This document shows, piece by piece, positions 9,396-17,631 of a stretch of 64,000 bases of DNA (position 1 is its first letter; each line of letters starts with the position of its first letter). The stretch is taken from the NCBI GenBank assembly GCA_036006525.1, contig DASYPP010000062.1:10958-74957 (forward strand), given 5' to 3'. This DNA is from Gemmatimonadales bacterium. GTDB taxonomy: Bacteria > Gemmatimonadota > Gemmatimonadetes > Gemmatimonadales > GWC2-71-9. A model generated the notes under the pieces. That model had not been told where the DNA came from. It saw only the letters and a list, made by a program, of their open reading frames with translations, and did no database searches. Made by a program: the position numbers and the translations under genes.

Positions 9396-9868
9396 TAAAC
9401 TTTGGTCTGGTCGTGTACAGTCTGCAGTTCAACGATGCGGAGCCGGCGGGCCCCATTGGGCAGCCGGAGATCCACTTCGTCGCCCATCTTTCCGTCCTTG
9501 AGCGCCCGGCCCAGGGGAGAACCCACCGAAATGTGGCCCAGCTCGAAGTCCGCCATCTCGCCCAGTACCAGCACGTAGGTCTCGGTTTCGTCGGTCACCA
9601 GGTCAATCACCGTGACCTTGGAGCCCAGCCCGACCCGGTCGGTCGGGGAATGGCTGGACATTTCGCCCAGCTGGCTCAGGCGCTGATGCAACTGGCCGAG
9701 CCGCGCCTGGACAAACTGCTGCCGCTCCAGCGCCGCCTTATATTCGGAATTCTCCCGGAGATCGCCCAGCTCGACTGCCGTGGCGATGGCCTGGGGAAGA
9801 GTCACGTTGAGTTCATGGCTGAGCTGTTCTACTTCCCGGCTCAGCTTTTCACGCATTTCCTGAATCAT
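9395..9868 (-). CDS. greA: transcription elongation factor GreA
   Basis: 157 aa. N-terminal coiled coil with the conserved acidic tip (ELGDLRENSEYKAAL) and a C-terminal FKBP-like domain (VSVGSPLGRALKDGKMGDEV). Confidence 0.92.
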   Translation of the reverse strand: MIQEMREKLSREVEQLSHELNVTLPQAIATAVELGDLRENSEYKAALERQQFVQARLGQLHQRLSQLGEMSSHSPTDRVGLGSKVTVIDLVTDETETYVLVLGEMADFELGHISVGSPLGRALKDGKMGDEVDLRLPNGARRLRIVELQTVHDQTKV

Positions 9869-9891
9869 GTTTCGAGTAACGAAAAAGGTTG

Positions 9892-9917
9892 ACCCGGACG
9901 GGTAATTCCGCCCGGGT
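9892..9917 (-). promoter_or_regulatory. stem-loop plus U-run in the greA leader (attenuator/terminator-like)
   Basis: Minus-strand RNA ACCCGGGCGG-AAUUAC-CCGUCCGGGU forms a 10-bp stem with one G-U pair. It is followed by CAACCUUUUUCG and ends 23 nt before the greA ATG. Confidence 0.35.
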
Positions 9918-10216
9918 TCGAAGGGGTGTCACGAAACCTAAAATAGCACTAAACTTGAGAACGGGTGAGTGGCAGCCGAATACCCGATCCCTTGCTGGTT
10001 GCAGTGGTTGAGGATCCCGCAGTAACTGCCCAGATAGTCTACACTAATTCTGCCGCAGCCAAGATCTTTGTAATCAATTGTGAATAAACGATATACATAC
10101 GTAGTCCAGTCTGCTTGAAACTGAGCAAGTATTGTACAGTGGCCCCCTGGCCACTGGCACGTGACCTGCCCTTCTGGGACCTGGCTGGTTTTCGGTCCCT
10201 TGATCTGAGCGACACC

Positions 10217-11197
10217 ATGACGGTTTCCCGATTCCACGCGCTGTTCGCCTTTGCCGGCCTGATGGGGGCTGTTGTGCCCCGGGGCGGCGAAGTTGGCCGT
10301 CCGGTGGTGAAGCCCTCGGTGGTGATCCTGGGGTCCCGGTCGAGCGTCGGGTATTGGTCGCCCCAGATTCTTCGGGCAGAAGGGGACTTGAACGGTTCCC
10401 TGTACCGCTCCTTCGCGCTGGTCATTCCCGATTCCCTGCTGAACGCCCGGGAACGCCGGTACATGGCGTGGGAGATCGCCGACATTTTCCGCTGGCAGGC
10501 TGACTTCAGCCGGGAAATCCGTCCCGGGGATCATTTCCGGCTCATCTTCGAACGACTGATCTCGCGGGACGGGGAAGTCCGTTACGGCCGGCTGCTTGCC
10601 GCCGAAATCGTGCTTCGGGGCCAGCCGATCATGGCCTACGAATTCGACGATGCCCAGGGCCGGACCGCTTTCTACGACAGTGAAGGCCATTCGCTGCATC
10701 GCGACTTCCTCCGGGTTCCGGTGGAGTTCAAGCGGATCTCCTCTGAGTTCGGCTCCCGGTTTCATCCCATCCTTCAGCGCTGGCGCAATCACGAAGGCAT
10801 CGACTACGCGGCCAGCGCCGGCAGTCCCGTCATGTCGGTCGGCGATGGCGAAGTGATACGCGCCGGCAGCGCGGGCGGTTACGGTAACCTGGTGGAGATC
10901 GCTCACGGAAACGGCCTGGTCACCCGGTACGCGCACCTGCGCGGGTTCGCCCGCGGTATCCGGCGCGGTGCGCGGGTAACCCAGGGGCAGGTGGTAGGCT
11001 TCGTCGGCAAGACCGGCCTCGCCACGGGTCCCCACCTGCACTTCGAGTTCCGGGTCCGCGGCATCGCGCGGGACCCCAACGAGATCACCACCGGGGCAGG
11101 CGCCTCGGTGGCTTCACCCCAGTTGTCGTCGTTCCTCGGCACGGTGGCCGAGTACGGTCGGCTGCTCCAGATGGAGCCCTCGCTCGCCAGCCGCTAA
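10217..11197 (+). CDS. M23 family metallopeptidase (peptidoglycan DD-endopeptidase-like)
   Basis: HEGIDYAA, YGNLVEIAHGNG and GPHLHFEF give the HxxxD/HxH zinc site of LytM/M23. The start was put at ATG 10217 (signal-like MTVSRFHALFAFAGLMGA). The listed ORF starts at 10115, so the start is uncertain. Confidence 0.85.
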   Translation: MTVSRFHALFAFAGLMGAVVPRGGEVGRPVVKPSVVILGSRSSVGYWSPQILRAEGDLNGSLYRSFALVIPDSLLNARERRYMAWEIADIFRWQADFSREIRPGDHFRLIFERLISRDGEVRYGRLLAAEIVLRGQPIMAYEFDDAQGRTAFYDSEGHSLHRDFLRVPVEFKRISSEFGSRFHPILQRWRNHEGIDYAASAGSPVMSVGDGEVIRAGSAGGYGNLVEIAHGNGLVTRYAHLRGFARGIRRGARVTQGQVVGFVGKTGLATGPHLHFEFRVRGIARDPNEITTGAGASVASPQLSSFLGTVAEYGRLLQMEPSLASR

Positions 11198-11353
11198 AAC
11201 CATCAGCGAATAGCGAAACACGTCCTGTTCGAATCTTTTTCATCAACCCAACGGTATGATGACGCGTACAATCATCAGTTTGGCGCCCCCCGTCGTGCGG
11301 CCGTTCCTTCGCGCGACTCGCTACGCGCTGCTGGCTACTTCCCTGGAGTGTTC

Positions 11354-12670
11354 ATGCTTTCTCGCGCAGGATTTGCCTGCCTGGTGCTGCCGCTTGTGGT
11401 CGCTCCGCTCGCGGCGCAGGCAGGTTCACCCGCAGGTCCTGTCCCGGTAAGCCGGCTCGAGGCTCGCCGCGCCGCATTGCTCGACCGAATCGGGACCGGC
11501 GTGGCGATCGTTCGCTCGGCCGACGAGAAGGACATCGAAAGTGACTATCCCCAGGACAGCGACTTCCGCCAGGACAACGACTTTTTCTACCTGACGGGAC
11601 TGGAAACGGCCGGCTCCTGGCTGGTGCTGGTCGCCCATGACAGCCTGCCCGACCAGGTCATCCTCTATATCCCCGCGCGCGACAGTCTCCAGGAGGCGTG
11701 GACTGGTCCCACGCTGGGGCCCGGGCCCGACGCCACCAGCCTGACCGGCATCGCGGACACCAGGCCCAGTCGCTCGGCGAAGAAGGAGATTCGTGACCTG
11801 TTGAGCACACCGGGGACGATCTTCTACTATCCCCGCTACGGCGGCCAGAAGGACTCGACCTTACTCCGCGAGCTGGGCGTCAACGATTCGCTGGGCCGGG
11901 CCATCCAGAAGCGCAACCTGCGGGCGCTGACCGGGAATCTCCGGCTCATCAAGGACGACGACGAGATCGCCCGGATGCGCCGCGCCATCGATATCACGGC
12001 AGAAGCCGAGCGGGAGGCGATGAAGTCGGCGCGGCCTGGCATGTGGGAGTATGAGCTGGAAGCGCTGATCGAGTACACCTTCCGCCGCCATGGCGCCGAG
12101 CGGGTCGGCTTCCCCACCATCGTGGGTACCGGGATCAACTCCACCACGCTGCACTACGACAAGGGCCGCCGGCAGAGCCAGGCGGGCGACCTGGTGGTAA
12201 TGGATATCGGGGCGGAATACGGCTACTACACGGCGGATGTCACACGCACCATTCCCATCTCGGGGCACTTCACCCCGCGGCAGCGGGCGCTGTACGACCT
12301 GGTGCTCGGCACCCAGCAGGCCGCCATCGACTCGGTGCGTCCCGGCATCACCATCGGCCAGCTCAACGGGATCGCACGGAACTACATGAAGCAGCACTCC
12401 GGCGACCTCTGCGGCGGCGAATCGTGCGACCGGTATTTCATCCACGGGCTTTCGCACTGGCTGGGAATGGACGTGCACGACGTGGGGGACTACTCCAAGA
12501 AGCTGGCGCCCGGGATGGTCCTGACGGTGGAGCCGGGGATTTACATCCCGGCCGAGAAAACCGGCATCCGGATCGAGGATGACGTGCTGGTTACCGGCAC
12601 GGGGTACGACCTATTGTCGAAGGGGGCTCCCCGCACCGCATTGGAAATTGAAGCTCTGATGAGACAATAG
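11354..12670 (+). CDS. Xaa-Pro aminopeptidase (M24B family) with signal peptide
   Basis: N-terminal signal (LVLPLVVAPLAAQA), an aminopeptidase-P N-domain, then the pita-bread fold with metal-ligand contexts DLVVMDIGAEYGYYTADVTRT, HGLSHWLGMDVHD, LTVEPGIY and IRIEDDVLVT. GTG 11348 is an alternative start. Confidence 0.88.
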   Translation: MLSRAGFACLVLPLVVAPLAAQAGSPAGPVPVSRLEARRAALLDRIGTGVAIVRSADEKDIESDYPQDSDFRQDNDFFYLTGLETAGSWLVLVAHDSLPDQVILYIPARDSLQEAWTGPTLGPGPDATSLTGIADTRPSRSAKKEIRDLLSTPGTIFYYPRYGGQKDSTLLRELGVNDSLGRAIQKRNLRALTGNLRLIKDDDEIARMRRAIDITAEAEREAMKSARPGMWEYELEALIEYTFRRHGAERVGFPTIVGTGINSTTLHYDKGRRQSQAGDLVVMDIGAEYGYYTADVTRTIPISGHFTPRQRALYDLVLGTQQAAIDSVRPGITIGQLNGIARNYMKQHSGDLCGGESCDRYFIHGLSHWLGMDVHDVGDYSKKLAPGMVLTVEPGIYIPAEKTGIRIEDDVLVTGTGYDLLSKGAPRTALEIEALMRQ

Positions 12671-12750
12671 GGACGAGCGGTGAAGGCGGACGAGGCGGTC
12701 ACAATCAGAGAAGCCCGACCGCCCCGACCGCCTTGTCCGCCCCGACCGCC
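12671..12750. repeat. tandem-repeat-armed hairpin (9-mers) filling the whole convergent gap; probable bidirectional terminator
   Basis: Left arm ggacgagcggtgaaggcggacgaggcggtc (12671-12700). Right arm cccgaccgccccgaccgccttgtccgccccgaccgcc (12714-12750). ggcggac(g/a)aggcggtc pairs 15/16. The element abuts TAG 12668-70 and TAA 12751-53. Confidence 0.8.
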
Positions 12751-13233
12751 TTAGCGCCGAGCGCCTTTCCAGGCTTCTATGTTGCGCTCGATCTGCCGGC
12801 AGTGCACATCCAGGTGGCTGGCGTAGGTCTCCAGCCACTTCTCCATTCCATAGGTCGGGTGTTCCGAGTGGTGGCCGGTCCGCCGCCACGCCGCTTCAGA
12901 AAGGCCCTGGAGCAGGGGCACGGTATTGGCCCGGACCGCGTCGATGGTAGCCAGGGCCGGTTCCAGCGGCAGCTCGTGATAGTTCAGGGTCCTGGCCCAT
13001 TCGTCCTGGTCATAGCCCATGATCTGCGGATCCTTCTCGGCCAGGAGGTAGCGAACCCGCATGTGGGCATTGGCCTCGCTGTCCGCGCAGTGGACGATGA
13101 TCTCGTGGACCGACCATTTGCCCGGCGCGGGGCGCCATTTCATGGCTTCCGGCGGAACTTTGGCGAGGGCCTGGCGCAGTTTGGCCGGGCCTTCGGCGTA
13201 TTGACGGACCTGGGCTTCGCGGGAGGCTGGCAT
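12751..13233 (-). CDS. DinB family protein
   Basis: 160 aa with a four-helix DinB pattern and a His triad context (WSVHEIIVHCADSE ... ASHLDVHCRQI). Confidence 0.85.
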   Translation of the reverse strand: MPASREAQVRQYAEGPAKLRQALAKVPPEAMKWRPAPGKWSVHEIIVHCADSEANAHMRVRYLLAEKDPQIMGYDQDEWARTLNYHELPLEPALATIDAVRANTVPLLQGLSEAAWRRTGHHSEHPTYGMEKWLETYASHLDVHCRQIERNIEAWKGARR

Positions 13234-13280
13234 GGGTCACCCCAGAAGAATCAGTCGAACTGCGGATGTAGAATGAAAAG

Positions 13281-13419
13281 AAGGTGGGGCAGGATGAGGC
13301 AAGGTGGGGGAAGGAGAGCCAAAGGGAGCGGGGGTACGCCCGGGACCCTCTAAAACGCCTAAGGCAAGTCCTTGCCTCACCTTGACCCACTCTGCCTCGC
13401 TCTATCACCTTCTTGACTC
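13281..13419. repeat. tandem-repeat-armed hairpin (10-mers, 5+5 units) in the divergent dinB / ctaC region
   Basis: Left units: aaggtggggc aggatgaggc aaggtggggg aaggagagcc aaagggagcg (13281-13330). Right units: ccttgcctca ccttgaccca ctctgcctcg ctctatcacc ttcttgactc (13370-13419). The arms are imperfectly complementary. Confidence 0.7.
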
Positions 13420-13441
13420 GGGGCCTTCCACAGGCTATCCT
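13413..13441 (+). promoter_or_regulatory. candidate promoter of the cta operon (TTGACT-N17-TATCCT)
   Basis: -35 at 13413-18 overlaps the last unit of the repeat arm. -10 at 13436-41, 55 nt upstream of the ctaC ATG. Confidence 0.3.
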
Positions 13442-13495
13442 GCCCTCGCTTTTTCTAGCGTCTTACCTCGCTCTCTCTCGTCCGGGAAATTCCTA

Positions 13496-14599
13496 ATGCG
13501 CCTCCGGAAAATCATTTCCGGGCCTGCCTTCCGGGCATGCTTTCCGCTCATTCTGCTGCTGGTACTCGCGGGCTGTTCCTCGCGGGACTATCCCCAGTCC
13601 ACGCTGGATCCGAAGACCGATTTCACCCGGATGATCGACCACATCTTCATGACGACGGTCTGGTGGGCCGTCGTGGTGTTTGTGCTGGTCGAGGGTGCAT
13701 TGGTGTTCGCGATCTTCAAGTTCCGGGGGAAGCCGACCGATCCGGAACCGGTGCAGACTCACGGGAATACCGCGGTGGAGGTCGTCTGGACCATCATCCC
13801 GGCCGTGATCCTGGCCCTGATCGCGGTCCCCACGATCCGCGGCATCTTCGAAACCTCCGAGATTCCCACCGACGCGGTGCGGGTCGAGGTGATCGGGCAC
13901 CAGTGGTGGTGGGAGTTCCGCTATCCCGACCAGAAGGTGGTGACGGCGAACGAGTTGCACGTGCCGAGCGGGAAGAAGATCGCCCTGTATATGACGACGG
14001 CGGACGTCCTGCACAGCTTCTGGATGCCGCAGCTGGCGGCCAAGCGTGACGTCTTCCCCCGGCGGGCGACGACGCTGTGGTTCACGGCACCGGAGCCGGG
14101 GAACTTCACCGGGCAGTGCGCCGAGTTCTGCGGCATCCAGCACGGCCGCATGGGCTTCCGGGTATTCGTAGACACCCCCGGGGATTTCGACGCCTGGGTA
14201 GCGGACCAGCAGGTCGGCTCCCCGATGATGAACGGCGGAGTCGTGGCGCCCGACAGCAGCCGTCCGGCCGATTCGGCCACGGCCCAGGCGAAGGCCGCCC
14301 ACGACAGCCTGATGGCGGCGGGCAACGCGCTGTTCGTGTCCGGCGGCTGTATCGGGTGCCACGCGATGGTCGGCACTCCGATGGCGGGGGTGATGGCTGG
14401 CCTGGTGGGTCCCAACCTGAGCCACGTGGGAAGCCGCACCACCATCGTCGCCAACCTGCTGGAGAACACCCCGGAGAACGTGGCGAGGTGGCTGCACGAT
14501 CCCCAGGCGGTGAAGGCGGGCACGCTGATGAAGCTCCCTCGGAAGCTGACCGAGGATGAGATCAAGACCCTGGTCGCGTATCTCGAGGCGCACAAGTAG
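13496..14599 (+). CDS. ctaC: cytochrome c oxidase subunit II with fused C-terminal cytochrome c domain (caa3-type)
   Basis: ATG 13496 with lipobox LVLAGCSS, two TM helices, CuA site (HSFW ... CAEFCGIQHGRM) and a C-terminal heme-c CIGCH...M. Confidence 0.92.
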   Translation: MRLRKIISGPAFRACFPLILLLVLAGCSSRDYPQSTLDPKTDFTRMIDHIFMTTVWWAVVVFVLVEGALVFAIFKFRGKPTDPEPVQTHGNTAVEVVWTIIPAVILALIAVPTIRGIFETSEIPTDAVRVEVIGHQWWWEFRYPDQKVVTANELHVPSGKKIALYMTTADVLHSFWMPQLAAKRDVFPRRATTLWFTAPEPGNFTGQCAEFCGIQHGRMGFRVFVDTPGDFDAWVADQQVGSPMMNGGVVAPDSSRPADSATAQAKAAHDSLMAAGNALFVSGGCIGCHAMVGTPMAGVMAGLVGPNLSHVGSRTTIVANLLENTPENVARWLHDPQAVKAGTLMKLPRKLTEDEIKTLVAYLEAHK

Positions 14600-14716
14600 G
14601 TAAGAAGTAAGCAGTAAGAAGTAAGCGGGAAGGATTTCGAGATTGCGAGGAGTTGGCAGCATAAGCGACGATGTTGGCTACCAGTCCCGCTTACTGCTCA
14701 CTGCTTACTGCTCACG
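14597..14716. repeat. tandem-repeat-armed hairpin (heptamers GTAAGAA/GTAAGCA x4 versus CTTACTG/CTCACTG x4, ~54-nt loop) between ctaC and ctaD
   Basis: Left arm (ta)ggtaagaagtaagcagtaagaagtaagcggga starts at the ctaC TAG. Right arm tcccgcttactgctcactgcttactgctcac (14685-14715). 27 of 31 positions are complementary. Confidence 0.85.
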
Positions 14717-14733
14717 CTTTTAGAGGAAGACGA

Positions 14734-16554
14734 ATGGCGACCACCGTACTCGATCACGCTGAAACCCACGCCCACGCCAAGACCGGCCTGTGGAGCTGGA
14801 TCACGACCGTTGACCATAAGCGGATCGGCATCCTCTATGGCGCGACGGCGTTCCTGTTCTTCCTGATCGGCGGCCTCGAGGCACTGCTGCTCCGGATCCA
14901 GCTCGGGTCGCCCAACAACACATTCCTGTCGGCCGACACCTACAACCAGCTGTTCACCATGCACGGCACCACCATGATCTTCCTGGCGGTGATGCCGATC
15001 TCGGCGATGTACTTCAACTTCATGATCCCGCTCCAGATCGGAGCCCGGGACGTGGCGTTCCCCCGGCTGAATGCGTTCAGCTACTGGGTGTTTCTGTTCG
15101 GCGGGCTTTTCCTCAACATCAGCTTCCTGTTCCACGCCGCGCCCAACGCGGGCTGGTTCGGCTACGCCAACCTGACCACCAGGCCGTATTCGCCGGGCCC
15201 CAACGTCGATTTCTGGGTGATCGGGCTCCAGACCCTGGGCATCGCGTCGCTGGCCGCCGCGGTGAATTTCTTCGTGACCATCATCAATCTGCGCGGCCCC
15301 GGCATGAAGCTGATGCGGATGCCGATGTTCGTGTGGATGAGCTTCATAACCCAGATCCTGCTGCTGCTGGCCTTTCCGGTGATCACGGTCGCGCTGATCA
15401 TGCTGATGTTCGACCGGGTGTTCCACACCATGTTCTTTACCGTGGCCGGGGGCGGCGATCCCCAGCTCTGGCAGCACCTGTTCTGGATCTTCGGGCATCC
15501 CGAGGTCTACATCCTGATCCTGCCGGCCTTCGGCATCGTTTCCGAGATCCTCCCGGTGTTCTCCCGCAAACCGCTGTTCGGCTACGCGGCGATGGTATTC
15601 TCCGGCGCCTTCATCGCGTTCCTCGGCTTCGGGGTGTGGGCCCACCACATGTTCGCCACCGGGATGGGGCCGATCGCGGACTCGTTCTTCGCGATCTCCA
15701 CCATGCTGATCGCGGTGCCCACCGGGGTGAAGATCTTCAACTGGATCGGCACCATCTGGGGCGGCTCGATCCAGCTCAAGACCCCGATGTACTTCGCGCT
15801 CGCGTTCATCGCGATGTTCATCATGGGCGGGCTTTCCGGCGTCATGCACGCCTCGCCGCCGGCCGACCTGCAGCAGACCGACACCTATTTCGTGGTGGCC
15901 CACTTCCATTACGTCCTCTTCGGCGGGAGCATCTTCGCGCTCACCGCGGGTGCCTACTACTGGTTCCCCAAGATGTTCGGGAAGATGCTGAGCGAGAGTC
16001 TCGGCAAGGTGCACTTCTGGCTGATGCTGATCGGCTTCAACCTGACCTTCATGCCGATGCACTTCGTAGGGCTGAACGGCATGCCGCGGCGGGTGTACAC
16101 CTATCCGGCCGGCCTCGGCTTCGAGCTGCTGAACCGGCTGGAGACGATCGGCGCCTTCATCCTCGCGGTCGCCATGCTGGTTTTCGTATACAACATCTGG
16201 AAGAGTTTGCGGAGCCCGGTCCCCGCGCCGGCCGATCCCTGGAATGGCGCGACCCTGGAGTGGGCGATTCCTTCACCGCCCCAGGAGTTCAACTTCGCCG
16301 AGATCCCCACCGTGCACTCGCGGGATCCGCTGTGGGAGGCGAAGCGGGCCCGGGGCGGCCCGCTGCCGGAGCCGGCCCTGGTGAGCGGCAAGGGGATCCA
16401 CATGCCCAATCCGTCGTTCTGGCCGCTGGTGACGGCGATCGGGGTCATCACCACGCTGACCGGCTTCCTGGTCGGGTTCCCCTACGTCAACCTGGTCGGC
16501 GCCGCCATCCTGCTGACCGGCATTTTCAGCTGGGCGTTTGAACCTGCGGGCTAA
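14734..16554 (+). CDS. ctaD: cytochrome c oxidase subunit I
   Basis: ATG 14734 (MATTVLDH...WITTVDHKRIGILY). Canonical heme-copper oxidase signatures are present (GHPEVYILILP, WAHHMF, HFHYVL). Confidence 0.95.
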   Translation: MATTVLDHAETHAHAKTGLWSWITTVDHKRIGILYGATAFLFFLIGGLEALLLRIQLGSPNNTFLSADTYNQLFTMHGTTMIFLAVMPISAMYFNFMIPLQIGARDVAFPRLNAFSYWVFLFGGLFLNISFLFHAAPNAGWFGYANLTTRPYSPGPNVDFWVIGLQTLGIASLAAAVNFFVTIINLRGPGMKLMRMPMFVWMSFITQILLLLAFPVITVALIMLMFDRVFHTMFFTVAGGGDPQLWQHLFWIFGHPEVYILILPAFGIVSEILPVFSRKPLFGYAAMVFSGAFIAFLGFGVWAHHMFATGMGPIADSFFAISTMLIAVPTGVKIFNWIGTIWGGSIQLKTPMYFALAFIAMFIMGGLSGVMHASPPADLQQTDTYFVVAHFHYVLFGGSIFALTAGAYYWFPKMFGKMLSESLGKVHFWLMLIGFNLTFMPMHFVGLNGMPRRVYTYPAGLGFELLNRLETIGAFILAVAMLVFVYNIWKSLRSPVPAPADPWNGATLEWAIPSPPQEFNFAEIPTVHSRDPLWEAKRARGGPLPEPALVSGKGIHMPNPSFWPLVTAIGVITTLTGFLVGFPYVNLVGAAILLTGIFSWAFEPAG

Positions 16555-16557
16555 GAC

Positions 16558-16582
16558 AGGGACAGGTCTGAGACCTGTCCCT
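16558..16582 (+). other. perfect 11-bp hairpin between ctaD and ctaE
   Basis: agggacaggtc-tga-gacctgtccct, 4 nt after the ctaD TAA. No U-tract. Confidence 0.5.
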
Positions 16583-16628
16583 ACGGCCTTCGAGCCCGCG
16601 GGATGACCTACAGCGCAAGGAAATAAAC

Positions 16629-17258
16629 GTGTCCCAAGACGCACACGCGATGCACATGCCGACCACGACCGGCCTCGACAGCCGGAAGATGGCGATCTGG
16701 ACCTTCATCGGGTCGGAGTGCCTGTTCTTTGCATCCCTCATCAGCACCTACATGGTCTACCGGGGCAAGAGCCTGACCGGGCCCTATCCCCACGACTCCT
16801 GGGTCAATCCCGCGAACGGCGAGACGGTGAAGGGGATTCTGAACATCCCGCTGACCTCGTTCTCCACCTTCGTGCTGCTGATGAGCTCGTTCGCGGTGGT
16901 GCTGGCGCTGTATGGCGCGCAACGCGGCAAGCGGGGAATGCTGATCGGCTGGCTGTCGGCCACCATGGTGGGCGGGGCGATCTTCCTGGGCGGCCAGGTC
17001 TACGAGTTCAACCATTTCGTGCACGAAGGGCTGACCCTCCACACCAACCTGTTCGGGTCCACCTTCTTCACGCTGACCGGGTTCCATGGCGGCCACGTCA
17101 CGGTCGGCCTGATCTGGCTGGGCACCGTGCTGGTCACCGCCATCCGCGGCAAGCTGCCGCCGGAAAAGGCGCTCAACCTGGAGATCGCGGCGCTCTACTG
17201 GCACTTCGTGGACGTCATCTGGATCATCATCTTCACCCTGATCTACCTGATCAAATGA
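16629..17258 (+). CDS. ctaE: cytochrome c oxidase subunit III
   Basis: 209 aa, multi-TM, with FFTLTGFHGGHVTVG and LYWHFVDVIWIIIF motifs typical of COX3. Confidence 0.9.
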   Translation: MSQDAHAMHMPTTTGLDSRKMAIWTFIGSECLFFASLISTYMVYRGKSLTGPYPHDSWVNPANGETVKGILNIPLTSFSTFVLLMSSFAVVLALYGAQRGKRGMLIGWLSATMVGGAIFLGGQVYEFNHFVHEGLTLHTNLFGSTFFTLTGFHGGHVTVGLIWLGTVLVTAIRGKLPPEKALNLEIAALYWHFVDVIWIIIFTLIYLIK

Positions 17259-17584
17259 GCCATCCCGCCGAAGCACACGCGCACCCCGAGGAGCATGCGC
17301 ACCCGTCCGCCGGGACCTATGCCAAGATCGCGGTGACGCTGGTGATCCTCACCGCCCTCGAAGTCGCGGTGTACTATGTCGAGTCGATCCGTACCTACCT
17401 GGTGCCGATCCTGATCGTGTTGATGATCATCAAGTTCGCCCTGGTGGCGATGTACTACATGCACCTGAAGCAGGACAGCAAGCTGTTCAGCGGGCTCTTC
17501 GTCTTCCCGATCTTCATCGCCATCGTGGTCATCGTCGCGCTGATCCTGCTGTTCGGCATCAAGCACCCCCAGATGCCGCAGTAG
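17255..17584 (+). CDS. ctaF: cytochrome c oxidase subunit IV (small prokaryotic CtaF-type)
   Basis: ATG 17255 overlaps the ctaE TGA (ATGA). 109 aa with three TM helices and the MYYMHLK motif of bacterial caa3 subunit IV. It lies in a different frame from the long 16718..17584 ORF's upstream part. Confidence 0.75.
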   Translation: MSHPAEAHAHPEEHAHPSAGTYAKIAVTLVILTALEVAVYYVESIRTYLVPILIVLMIIKFALVAMYYMHLKQDSKLFSGLFVFPIFIAIVVIVALILLFGIKHPQMPQ

Positions 17585-17588
17585 GGTA

Positions 17589-17610
17589 GGGCGGGCCTCC
17601 GGGCCCGCCC
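17589..17610 (+). other. GC-rich 9-bp hairpin between ctaF and ctaG
   Basis: gggcgggcc-tccg-ggcccgccc, 5 nt after the ctaF TAG. No U-tract. Confidence 0.5.
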
Positions 17611-17631
17611 CCACCTGCCGCGCTCCCTCAC

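Noticed and set aside
9905-9925. tRNA-like GGGTTCGAAGG motif
   Set aside because: No acceptor, D or anticodon arms can be built around it. It is part of the greA leader hairpin region.
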